Source: Candidatus Hydrogenedentota bacterium
GTDB taxonomy: Bacteria; Hydrogenedentota; Hydrogenedentia; Hydrogenedentales; SLHB01
DNA length: 64,000 bases
NCBI GenBank assembly: GCA_963674865.2
Contig: CAXXYE010000003.1
Span: 192,001 to 256,000, forward strand
Direction: 5' to 3'
Positions within the stretch are counted from its first letter, which is position 1; each line of letters starts with the position of its first letter. Under the pieces are notes generated by a model. It did not search any database. It had not been told where the DNA came from and saw nothing but the letters and a program-made list of their open reading frames with translations. Made by a program: the position numbers and the translations under genes. Shown piece by piece: positions 55,622 to 64,000 of this stretch.

Positions 55622-57391
55622 TCAGCGCACGACCTTGTTCCGGACGCGGCGGAAGTTGTACCAGAACTTGCGTACGCAGTCGAGGGCTGTCTCGTCCAGA
55701 GCCTGCGGCGAATACGCCGAGCGTACGTAGAGGTCGGTTAGGCCGGTGGCCTCATCGCGCAGCGTGGCCAATTCCCCCGGGAATGACTCGATAAACTCGT
55801 ACGGCGTCTGATCATCCCGCCGCGGCGTGCCGAGGTCGGCGGCCAGCGCGCACAGGGCCTGGTATGCGTACTCGATCTGATCGGCCACGGACATGGACTC
55901 GCTCCGCTCCGGATCGCCCAGGGGATTGGTGTAATTGACGCTCAGAGCGACGCGCCGGCTGATTCGCGGGCGGCGCTTGGGCATTTTGAGTGACGGGAAC
56001 TTGGTGAACTTCTGGAGCAGGCGATCGATGAACTCCAGTAGACGGATCAGCCAGCGGGGCAGATGCTCGTGCTTGCGGACAAAGGCGGCTGCGGCGGCGC
56101 CGAACGTGCGCAGCAGGCCGTAGGCAAGAAACAAGGCCAGAATGACAATCACGCCTCTCCCGATTCGGTTGAAGGCGGTGTTCTGACGCAGGACGGCGGC
56201 CGGGGAGACGCCCAAGTCGCCGTATTTGTACTTGAGGTAGCTCTGTGAATCGATAATGCCCCCGGAATCGTCGATAATCGCGGGGCGCGGGAACGCAGGC
56301 AATGGCAGCGTGCCGGCGCCGATGAACACAGCCACAATCATCACCGCGCCCAGGCCGACCCAGAAAGGGCCGATGCCCGCCGGGATCCGCACGCGGCGGA
56401 AGCGGAAGTACTCGCGCAGGCCTCCCAGGCTTGTCAGCATCAACAGCGTGAGGGCGGAGAGCGTGTAGGCGCTGACGTACAGATGCCCCTTGCGCACCGC
56501 GAGCGTCCCCTCGGCCAGAAGCGCGCGCAAGCCCAGCCCGAAGATGAGCATCACCGGTATCGAGAAGTAGAAGATCGATATGCCCGGGTGGCGTTTCGGC
56601 AACCGCTCTGCCGCTGATAAGGGCGGAGGAGCCTGCTGTTGCTCAGGCTTCTTCCACTCGCTGGGATCGATGGGCTCAAGTTCCATGCTCGGAAACACAT
56701 CGGTGTTTTTCTTCTCACGTTTCCCGGTGGGTGTGGCCGGCTTGGATGTGGCTTGCTTTCCGAGGGACTTCCGGACAAGGCGGGCGGTACCCGTGAGGAT
56801 CCCAATCTCGCCCGACACCGGTTTGGTATCTACGCAGCACTCGTGCGTTAGCCTGTTGGCCACCCACCAGACGAAGCCGACCACGCCTAGGTTGAAGAAT
56901 AAGGCCACTCCCGTTGCATCCAGGAATCCCCCGGCCACGGGGGCACCGTAGAAGCTTGTCATCGCCACCGTGTAGAGCGTAACGGTCATGCCCAGGCCGA
57001 TGATGTAGAGGACGGACTGCTCCTTGCCGTCGCGGGCGACCAGCCGGTTCAGAGCCACAACACCGACGACAAAGCATATGGCCACGAAGCGCAGGTTCTC
57101 CTCGAAAGCACTTGTGAAGGCCGAGCGTACATCAAGGAGGAACTGCACCACCGAGAGCACCATGATGAAGATCATGATGGGAGTGAGTATATCCACAAGC
57201 CAATCCGTCAAGGTGCGCTGCTGAAAGTGGCGCCGACCCGTCTCAACGCTGTCCCGCAGCGACTGAAAATCCGTGGCCACCGGCTCGCGGACAGGTGCTT
57301 GAACCGACGTCAGCGACTGAAAATCCGTTCGCTCGATCGGCTGCGGGGCCTCCGGCGGCTCAGTGTCCGATCTTCTGGGGGGATAGCTCAT
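55622..57391 (-). CDS. Polytopic membrane protein with C-terminal DUF4129-like domain
   Basis: Many TMs; G.PR...QTPYEF...LT.LY....YS; overlaps the DUF58 gene. Confidence 0.7.
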   Translation of the reverse strand: MSYPPRRSDTEPPEAPQPIERTDFQSLTSVQAPVREPVATDFQSLRDSVETGRRHFQQRTLTDWLVDILTPIMIFIMVLSVVQFLLDVRSAFTSAFEENLRFVAICFVVGVVALNRLVARDGKEQSVLYIIGLGMTVTLYTVAMTSFYGAPVAGGFLDATGVALFFNLGVVGFVWWVANRLTHECCVDTKPVSGEIGILTGTARLVRKSLGKQATSKPATPTGKREKKNTDVFPSMELEPIDPSEWKKPEQQQAPPPLSAAERLPKRHPGISIFYFSIPVMLIFGLGLRALLAEGTLAVRKGHLYVSAYTLSALTLLMLTSLGGLREYFRFRRVRIPAGIGPFWVGLGAVMIVAVFIGAGTLPLPAFPRPAIIDDSGGIIDSQSYLKYKYGDLGVSPAAVLRQNTAFNRIGRGVIVILALFLAYGLLRTFGAAAAAFVRKHEHLPRWLIRLLEFIDRLLQKFTKFPSLKMPKRRPRISRRVALSVNYTNPLGDPERSESMSVADQIEYAYQALCALAADLGTPRRDDQTPYEFIESFPGELATLRDEATGLTDLYVRSAYSPQALDETALDCVRKFWYNFRRVRNKVVR

Positions 57392-58649
57392 GTAAGTCCC
57401 GCTCGTGTTCGATATGGAAGACGTTGATCTCGTGACGGGCGAGCAGCGCTGCGGCCTCGGGATAGTGCTGCCGGTCGTTGATGAAGAAGACGCTCACGGC
57501 AAATCCCGAGAGCTTCATAGCTGCGAGCGTCATGGCTAGTTGCTCCGTCACTTGAGGCACCACCGGCAGAAGCGCCGCATCGCGCGGCAGCCTGCTGAAC
57601 TCTGTCATGATGAGGTCCTCGATGCCTAGGCCGTTCCCGGGCACGACCCGCGCCAGATTCTCAATGATATGCAGTGCCTGTGCAGGACTGCGGCGCGTGG
57701 GCACTTGCAGTGGCCGCAGCGTATCGGCGGCATCCTCTCCGACGACGTTTGTCTCGACATCGCTCCGGGCCAGGCTCTCGCGCGATGCCACGTCATACCG
57801 AGCGACCTCGGCGGCGTCACGCGCGTTCGTCAACATCCCCACCTGCTCGCCCGACGTCTGCAAGAGGTAGGCGATGGAGGCTGTTGTGGTGATGGCCAAC
57901 TCCATTCGGCTCTCGGCATCCTCGCGTACGTAGTTATCTTCATGCAGATCAAGCACAAGCGTGGCGCCAAGCACGTTCGACGGCTCGATAACCTTCGAAA
58001 AGAGGGAGCCGGTTCGCGCCGATGCCTTCCAGTGAATCCGGCTCAGTGGATCCCCGGGGATGTACTCACGAACGCCGGAGATTCTCGTGGGATCTTCGTA
58101 GATCCGGTTCGCAATTCGCACCGGCCCTTGGGGCCGGCGCGCGGCGATGTTGAAGGTGTCGATGTAGGCGACATTTGGCAGCACGGAGATGTAGCTCTGC
58201 TGCCGGCCCGTGCGGAATCGCTTCTGGAGGCCGAACAAGTCGCCGGATTCCATAACGAGCGGCCCGACCCGGTGATAGCCGCGACGCGGGCAGGTGAGCC
58301 GGTATTTCAGCTTGATGGAACGCCCCGGCATGAGCACGGCGAGACGCGTATTCTCACCTGAAAGATGGAAGCCTCCTGGAATCAGATCCTCCAGGAAGAT
58401 CCAAGGGATGGGCCATCCTCGGCGATTAGTAGCGGTGACCTCGACCTCGAGATCCTCGCCTTGACGCAGCGTCGTTGCACTGAGAACACGGTGCGATTCG
58501 AGACCGGAGAGCCATGCCAGCGAACTGAAGTGTCCGATTAGCACGAGAAGCAGGAACGCATAGATGGCAAAAGCCATGTACGGACTTTTGGCCAGGAAGG
58601 CCACCGCGAGGGCGGCGCATGCCGCGATGAGCCAGAAGGCATTTTTCAT
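57360..58649 (-). CDS. DUF58 domain protein
   Basis: RRGYHRVGP, GDLFGL, GVREYIPGDPLSRIHWKASAR. Confidence 0.88.
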   Translation of the reverse strand: MKNAFWLIAACAALAVAFLAKSPYMAFAIYAFLLLVLIGHFSSLAWLSGLESHRVLSATTLRQGEDLEVEVTATNRRGWPIPWIFLEDLIPGGFHLSGENTRLAVLMPGRSIKLKYRLTCPRRGYHRVGPLVMESGDLFGLQKRFRTGRQQSYISVLPNVAYIDTFNIAARRPQGPVRIANRIYEDPTRISGVREYIPGDPLSRIHWKASARTGSLFSKVIEPSNVLGATLVLDLHEDNYVREDAESRMELAITTTASIAYLLQTSGEQVGMLTNARDAAEVARYDVASRESLARSDVETNVVGEDAADTLRPLQVPTRRSPAQALHIIENLARVVPGNGLGIEDLIMTEFSRLPRDAALLPVVPQVTEQLAMTLAAMKLSGFAVSVFFINDRQHYPEAAALLARHEINVFHIEHERDLHELSPQKIGH

Positions 58650-58739
58650 CACACGTCTCCACGGGCAATGATGAATAAGCTCGCGGGGAAATACAACCGA
58701 GCCAATCGTGCAAGGCGACAAGCCGGCGGAGGGCCGCCT

Positions 58740-59195
58740 CTACTCGACCCCGGTGTGCCCGAATCCCCCGTCGCCCCGGGACGTTTCGTCCAACGCGTCA
58801 ACGGCTTCCCACTGGGCCTTGGCAACAGGCGCAACCACCAATTGCGCGATACGATCGCCCCGCTGCACCGTGAAAGGCTCGTTGCCCAGGTTCACCATCA
58901 CCACGCGGATCTCCCCTCGGTAGTCCGCATCGATGGTGCCGGGCGAGTTAAGCATCGTCACGCCGTGCCTGATGGCGAGTCCGCTCCGGGGCCGGACTTG
59001 CGCTTCGTAGCCGGCCGGCAAGGCGATGTGGAGTCCCGTTGGCACGAGAGCGCGCTCCCCGGGCGCGAGTGTCAGCGGCGTCTGCACGCTCGCCCGGAGA
59101 TCCATGCCCGCCGCATGTGGAGTCTCATAAGCCGGGAGGGGGAGGTCCTCACTTCCCGGTTCGCGCGTTACGCACACTCTCACGGGCGTCGTCAC
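58740..59195 (-). CDS. dut: dUTP diphosphatase
   Basis: [42 protein letters not shown]. Confidence 0.96.
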   Translation of the reverse strand: MTTPVRVCVTREPGSEDLPLPAYETPHAAGMDLRASVQTPLTLAPGERALVPTGLHIALPAGYEAQVRPRSGLAIRHGVTMLNSPGTIDADYRGEIRVVMVNLGNEPFTVQRGDRIAQLVVAPVAKAQWEAVDALDETSRGDGGFGHTGVE

Positions 59196-60466
59196 AGGCA
59201 CAACTCCGGGGCCGGGCGGCCGTCCGTGGGGCCGAGGATCACCGCGGCGCACTTGTCCAATTGAAACGCCTCCTGCGCCGCCTGCTGCATGCCCTCCGCG
59301 CTAACCGCGTCTACTTTCTCAATGATCTCTTCGAGGGGGATAATCCGGCCATAGTAGAGCATACCCTTGGCCATGCGCGCCATGCGATTGAACGTGCTTT
59401 CGAGCGACATGAGCATATTGCCTTTGAGCTGCTCGCGATTGCTCTCAACCTCGGCCTCGGGCGCGGGCTCCTCGCACATCTTCCGCAATTCCTCACTGCA
59501 AAGCTCCATACTCCGGGCGAGATTCTCCGGGGCGACGGCCGCATAGACGCCGATAGTCCCCGAGGCCAAGTAGCAGGAATGGAACGAATAGATCGAATAG
59601 GCAAGGCCCTCGTCCTCTCGAATGCGCTCGAATAGCCGGGAGGTGAACCCACCGCCGAGGGTGTTGCTGAGCATGTCGAACGTGTAGCGGCGCGCGTTGT
59701 CTAAAGGAGGTCCCGGAAAGCCAAAGCAGATGTGGCTCTGAGCAATCTCGCGGCCCACCACCCGCTTGCCTCCGCTGAACCGGGGCGGGGGAAACCCGTC
59801 TGGCGGCGTGCGCCGGGGCAGCGACTCAAACTCCCGTTCGAGGAAGGCCAGCACTTGGTCCGGCTCGAAGTTGCCCGCCACGGCAAATACCATGTTCTCG
59901 GGGCGATACCAGGCATCGTAGTAGGCGCGGATATCATCCAGGGACAGTGCCGATACGGTTTCGTAGTGGCCGACAATGGGCACGCCAAGGGCATGCCCGG
60001 CCCAAAGCTGTTCGGCGAACAAATCGTGGGCGTATTCCTCCGGCACATCGATAGCCGAGGAGATTTCCTCGAGAACCACATTGCGCTCTTTTTCGAGGTC
60101 GAGGAACTGGGAATGCTTCACGATATCCGCCAGGATGACAAGCGCGTCCTCGACGTGGGTGTCCAGCGTCCTGATATACACGCACGTGTATTCGCGTGCC
60201 GTGAAGGCGTTGATGTGGCCGCCCTTTCCCTCGATGGCCTCGACGAGTTGACGGGCGCTCCTCGTGGCGGTGCCCTTGAAGAAGAGGTGCTCGAGGAGAT
60301 GGGATATGCCCGCCTGCTCGGGGGCCTCATTCGCCGACCCCGTCTTTATCCAGATGCCCACGCTCGCCGAATGGAGATGGCGCAAAGGCTCAAGGGCCAC
60401 TACCATGCCGTTGGAAAACCGGTGGACTGTCGCCTCACCATTGGCCCTTGACACGATATGTTGCAT
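59192..60466 (-). CDS. M16 family zinc peptidase
   Basis: [14 protein letters not shown] (HXXEH), INAFT.RE.T, SRLF.RIRE..GLAYS. Confidence 0.92.
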   Translation of the reverse strand: MQHIVSRANGEATVHRFSNGMVVALEPLRHLHSASVGIWIKTGSANEAPEQAGISHLLEHLFFKGTATRSARQLVEAIEGKGGHINAFTAREYTCVYIRTLDTHVEDALVILADIVKHSQFLDLEKERNVVLEEISSAIDVPEEYAHDLFAEQLWAGHALGVPIVGHYETVSALSLDDIRAYYDAWYRPENMVFAVAGNFEPDQVLAFLEREFESLPRRTPPDGFPPPRFSGGKRVVGREIAQSHICFGFPGPPLDNARRYTFDMLSNTLGGGFTSRLFERIREDEGLAYSIYSFHSCYLASGTIGVYAAVAPENLARSMELCSEELRKMCEEPAPEAEVESNREQLKGNMLMSLESTFNRMARMAKGMLYYGRIIPLEEIIEKVDAVSAEGMQQAAQEAFQLDKCAAVILGPTDGRPAPELCL

Positions 60467-60530
60467 ACGGACTTCCCTTGTGAGCGAACGGCGCCCCCGA
60501 AGAGGGGGCGCCGTGATAGGACTGGGACGA

Positions 60531-62789
60531 TTAGCGGCGTCTTCGCGATTGGTTATCGCGGCCGCGCCGATCCGAGCGGCCGGAGCGATCTGAGCGATCC
60601 GAACGGCCCCGATTGTCGCGGTCTCGTGGCTCGCGGCTCTGCGAGTTGGAATGACGCTCCAGCTCGTCCTCGGACAGACGGCCCAACTCGATGTCGGCCG
60701 CAACCTTGGAGAGGTTAACCCGGCCCATACGATCGATCTCGGTGACCTTCACGTCAATCTCATCGCCCACGTTGACCACGTCCGTGACCTGGTTGACCCG
60801 GCCCGGCGCAAGCTCAGAGATATGGACGAGGCCCTCCTTGTTGCCGAGAACGGCGACAAACGCGCCGAAATTCATCAGGCGCGTCACGGGGCCGTGGTAA
60901 ACCTTGCCCACCTCGACCTCCGCCGTGATGGCCTCGATCATCTCGATGGCCGCGTCGGCGCTTTCCTGATCAACGGCGGCCACGTTGATGGTGCCGTCGT
61001 CCTCGATATCGATGTCGGCGCCCGTCTTGGCCTGGATCTCGCGAACCACCTTGCCGCCAGGCCCAATCACGTCGCGAATCTTCTCGACGTCGATCTTGAT
61101 CGTGTAGATGCGAGGCGCGAAGGGCGAGATCTCCGCACGCGGCTCCGCCAGACACTCCTGCATCTTGTCGAGGATGAACAACCTGCCGAGTCGCGCCTGC
61201 TCGAGGGCGCGCCGCATGATATCGCTCGAGATCCCGGCGACCTTGACGTCCATTTGGAACGCCGTGATTCCCTCGCGGGTGCCACATACCTTGAAATCCA
61301 TGTCGCCCAGATGATCTTCGACGCCCAGGATATCCGTCAGAATGCGAACTTCGTCGCCCTCTTTGATCAGGCCCATCGCGATCCCGGCCACGGGGCCTTT
61401 CGTCGGAACGCCGGCGTCCATGAGACTCAGTGAGCCGCCGCACACCGATGCCATCGAACTCGACCCATTGCTCTCCGTGATGTCCGACACGACCCGCACC
61501 GTGTAAGGAAAGATGTCTTCCCCATCGAACGGCAGCGAGCCCTCAAGGGCGCGCTCGGCGAGCTTGCCGTGACCTACTTCCCGCCGCCCCGGGCCGCGGA
61601 TGAAGCGCACTTCACCAACCGACCACGGCGGGAAATTGTAGTGAAGCATAAAGCGCTTGAATTCCTCGCCCGTCAACTCGTCGAGACGCTGTTCATCGCG
61701 GCTGGTCCCGAGCGTCGTCGTAACGAGAGCCTGTGTCTCGCCGCGAGTGAACAGGGAAGAGCCATGCGCGCGGGGGAGTACCCCCACCTCAATCGAGATG
61801 GGCCGGACGACGTCCAGTCCCCGGCCGTCGATACGTGTGTTGGTGGCGACTACCTGCTCGCGCATGAGCCGCTTCTCGAGCTTATCGAGGACCTCGCCGA
61901 TTTCGCCCGTGCATTCGGCGTAACGCTCTTCGCCGTAGCGCTGCGCAAGCTGCTCGTTGACTTCCTGCTTAAGCGCATCGATGGCGTCCTGCCGGGGCAG
62001 TTTCTCAGCGACCTTAAGGGCCTCCGCAAGCCGGCTGGCCGCAAGGTTCTCGACGTCGCTTACGACGGCCGTATCCAGTTCAACGGCCTCGACGGCCATC
62101 TTCTCGACACCAACTCGGGCGCGTAATTCTTCGATGGCCGCGCAGATCTCGCGAATGCAGTCATGGCCGATCTCGAGGGCTTGGATCATGACGTCCTCCG
62201 GGACCTCGGAAGCCATTCCCTCAACCATGAGGATGGCGTCGGCGGTACCGGCGATCACGATGTCCATAGCGCTATCGGCCATGTCTGCCATCGGAGGATT
62301 GACGGCCAACTCGCCGTCGAAGAGGCCCATGCGGACGGCGCCAATCGGGCCGGAGAATGGGATCTTTGATATGTGCAGTGCCGCCGACGCGCCGTTAATG
62401 GACATGATGTCCGGGTCGCGCTCGTTATCGGCGGAATACACCGTCGAGCAGACTTGCACCTCGTTGAGAAAGCCTTTGGGAAACAAGGGGCGGATCGGAC
62501 GATCCGTCAGGCGGCAGACGAGCACTTCGCGCTCGCTGGGGCGCCCTTCACGGCGGAAGAAGTTGCCCGGGATCTTGCCTGCGGCGAAACTCTTCTCGCG
62601 GTAATCAACAGTTAGTGGAAAGAAGCCCTGGCCGGGCCGCGCATCGGGTGAGACGCAGGCGGTAGACAGGACGACAGTCCCGCCACTCGAGACCCAGATG
62701 GCCCCGTGGGCTTGTTTTGCGACACGACCGGTTTCAAAACCGATCTCCGTGCCGCCAACGGTTACAGAGAGACGTTCAATCATGTGCAT
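60531..62789 (-). CDS. pnp: Polyribonucleotide nucleotidyltransferase
   Basis: FFPLTVDY, DRPIRPLF, HGSSLFTRGETQ, HYNFPP, RREVGHG, SNGSSSMAS, GDMDFKV, KH and S1 domains. Confidence 0.97.
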   Translation of the reverse strand: MHMIERLSVTVGGTEIGFETGRVAKQAHGAIWVSSGGTVVLSTACVSPDARPGQGFFPLTVDYREKSFAAGKIPGNFFRREGRPSEREVLVCRLTDRPIRPLFPKGFLNEVQVCSTVYSADNERDPDIMSINGASAALHISKIPFSGPIGAVRMGLFDGELAVNPPMADMADSAMDIVIAGTADAILMVEGMASEVPEDVMIQALEIGHDCIREICAAIEELRARVGVEKMAVEAVELDTAVVSDVENLAASRLAEALKVAEKLPRQDAIDALKQEVNEQLAQRYGEERYAECTGEIGEVLDKLEKRLMREQVVATNTRIDGRGLDVVRPISIEVGVLPRAHGSSLFTRGETQALVTTTLGTSRDEQRLDELTGEEFKRFMLHYNFPPWSVGEVRFIRGPGRREVGHGKLAERALEGSLPFDGEDIFPYTVRVVSDITESNGSSSMASVCGGSLSLMDAGVPTKGPVAGIAMGLIKEGDEVRILTDILGVEDHLGDMDFKVCGTREGITAFQMDVKVAGISSDIMRRALEQARLGRLFILDKMQECLAEPRAEISPFAPRIYTIKIDVEKIRDVIGPGGKVVREIQAKTGADIDIEDDGTINVAAVDQESADAAIEMIEAITAEVEVGKVYHGPVTRLMNFGAFVAVLGNKEGLVHISELAPGRVNQVTDVVNVGDEIDVKVTEIDRMGRVNLSKVAADIELGRLSEDELERHSNSQSREPRDRDNRGRSDRSDRSGRSDRRGRDNQSRRRR

Positions 62790-62896
62790 TGCACTCCTTT
62801 GCTGATGGAACGTCTCCCACGCCGTCCCCAGCGTCTTGTTGGAACTCGGATTCTCCTAGTTCCTATGTCTTTTCTCGTTTTCGCGCAATTCCGGGC

Positions 62897-63169
62897 TTAT
62901 TTTCGGAGCCCGAGGGCTGCAACGACACTCCGGTAGCGTTCGATGTCGATGCCCCGGAGGTAGTTCAGCATGTTGCGCCGGCGTCCGACGAGCCTGAGAA
63001 GCCCGCGGCGTCCGGCGAAATCCTTGCCGTGACTCTTGAAATGTTCCGTCAGGTGGTTAATCCGCTCGGTGAGCAGGGCGATCTGGACTTCCGCTGAACC
63101 GGTATCCCCTTCGTGCCGCCCGAACTCCTTGATGATTTCCTGCTTCCGGTCTTTCTCGATTGCTGGCAT
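62897..63169 (-). CDS. rpsO: 30S ribosomal protein S15
   Basis: [18 protein letters not shown]...H.KD...RRGL..LVG.RR, LGLRK. Confidence 0.97.
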   Translation of the reverse strand: MPAIEKDRKQEIIKEFGRHEGDTGSAEVQIALLTERINHLTEHFKSHGKDFAGRRGLLRLVGRRRNMLNYLRGIDIERYRSVVAALGLRK

Positions 63170-63287
63170 TATGTCACCTTTCCTTTCTAATCCGCCCTGT
63201 TCCCAGTGTGCCGCCGGTGGAACGAACACCCGAGAACCGGGTAACTCCGGGGAGCCGCCGCATAGCGCCCCCCAATTCTACTTGTTG

Positions 63288-64000
63288 CTAAGCCTTATCC
63301 GTTAGGGCCGCGAGTCCGGGAAGGGTCTTCCCTTCCAGCATTTCCAGTGACGCGCCGCCCCCTGTTGACACATGGGACATCTTGTCCGCAAGGCCGAATT
63401 GGCCTACCGCGGCAGCCGTGTCGCCGCCGCCAATGATACTCGTCAGGTCCAGCGAAGCCAATAATTCGGCGAGGGCCTTCGTCCCCTTGCTGAACGGTTC
63501 CATCTCGAATACGCCCACAGGGCCGTTCCAGACCACGGTCTTGGCCTTCTTGATCGCCTCGGAGGCAAGCTCTGCCGTTTTCGGGCCGATGTCAAGGCCC
63601 TGCCAGCCCGGCTCAATTTCTCCCAGTGCAGCAACCTTGGTGTTGGCATCCTCCGCAAATGCGTCCGCCACAATCGTGTCGACCGGCAGCAGAAGTTCCA
63701 CGCCTTTTTCGGCGGCCTTGGCTATGGCCGCCTTGGCGGTGTCGATGCCTGCCTCATCGAGAAGCGAGTCGCCAATGGCGTGCCCCTGGGCCTTCAGGAA
63801 GGTATAGGCCATGGCGCCGCCGATGATCAGCGTATCCACCAAGTTGAGCAGGTTATCGATGACGAGGATCTTGTCGGACACTTTGACGCCGCCCAAGATC
63901 GCCACCAGGGGCCGATCTGGATTGCTCAGTAACTGCCCGAAGTACTCAATCTCTTTTGCCACGAGGAAACCCGCAGCACTCTGGGCCAGGTAATGCGTGA
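63288..64000 (-). CDS. pgk: Phosphoglycerate kinase (C-terminal part; start outside window)
   Basis: ILGG.KVSDK, GGAMAYTF, LDIGPKT, WNGPVGVFE, GGGDT, HVSTGGGASLE. Confidence 0.96.
   Translation of the reverse strand, partial: THYLAQSAAGFLVAKEIEYFGQLLSNPDRPLVAILGGVKVSDKILVIDNLLNLVDTLIIGGAMAYTFLKAQGHAIGDSLLDEAGIDTAKAAIAKAAEKGVELLLPVDTIVADAFAEDANTKVAALGEIEPGWQGLDIGPKTAELASEAIKKAKTVVWNGPVGVFEMEPFSKGTKALAELLASLDLTSIIGGGDTAAAVGQFGLADKMSHVSTGGGASLEMLEGKTLPGLAALTDKA

Noticed and set aside
57255..57330. Short direct repeat CAGCGACTGAAAATCCGT (two copies)
   Set aside because: In-frame coding duplication (TDFQSL); not CRISPR-like. No CRISPR array was seen anywhere in the window.
63170..63270. S15 autoregulatory leader upstream of rpsO
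   Set aside because: Plausible by position and has small hairpins, but I cannot match it to a known leader family by eye.

Overview
GC-rich (by eye roughly 60-65%) chromosomal segment of a diderm bacterium. Gene content and style are compatible with Candidatus Hydrogenedentes or a related lineage (inference only). Most of it is housekeeping or metabolic: pruA, gpmI, apt, ribulokinase, a frameshifted M29 aminopeptidase, an NAD salvage cluster (Nudix-pncA-pncB), purM-purL-purQ, tRNA-Arg(ACG), NfeD-flotillin, a glycyl radical enzyme, dut, an M16 peptidase, pnp, rpsO and a partial pgk. The standout is a five-gene operon at 24963-33246: an ExeA-like AAA ATPase, a membrane-anchored TPR protein with a long acidic N-terminus, a protein fusing a Wza/OPX polysaccharide-export domain to a complete secretin, a Wzc tyrosine-kinase co-polymerase, and a Wzy/O-antigen-ligase family protein. 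This looks like a Wzy-type glycan export system whose outer-membrane channel is a secretin. It is preceded by a near-consensus sigma70 promoter, two tandem NrdR-box-like sites and a long leader, and is divergent from an FHA-GAF-HD-GYP-zinc-ribbon phosphodiesterase. Also notable: a sigma54-driven type IV pilin next to a TMTC-like glycosyltransferase, a stand-alone BLUF photoreceptor, and an orphan glycyl radical enzyme. No CRISPR array, rRNA, transposase or integrase was seen. All family calls come from motif recognition by eye, not database searches.
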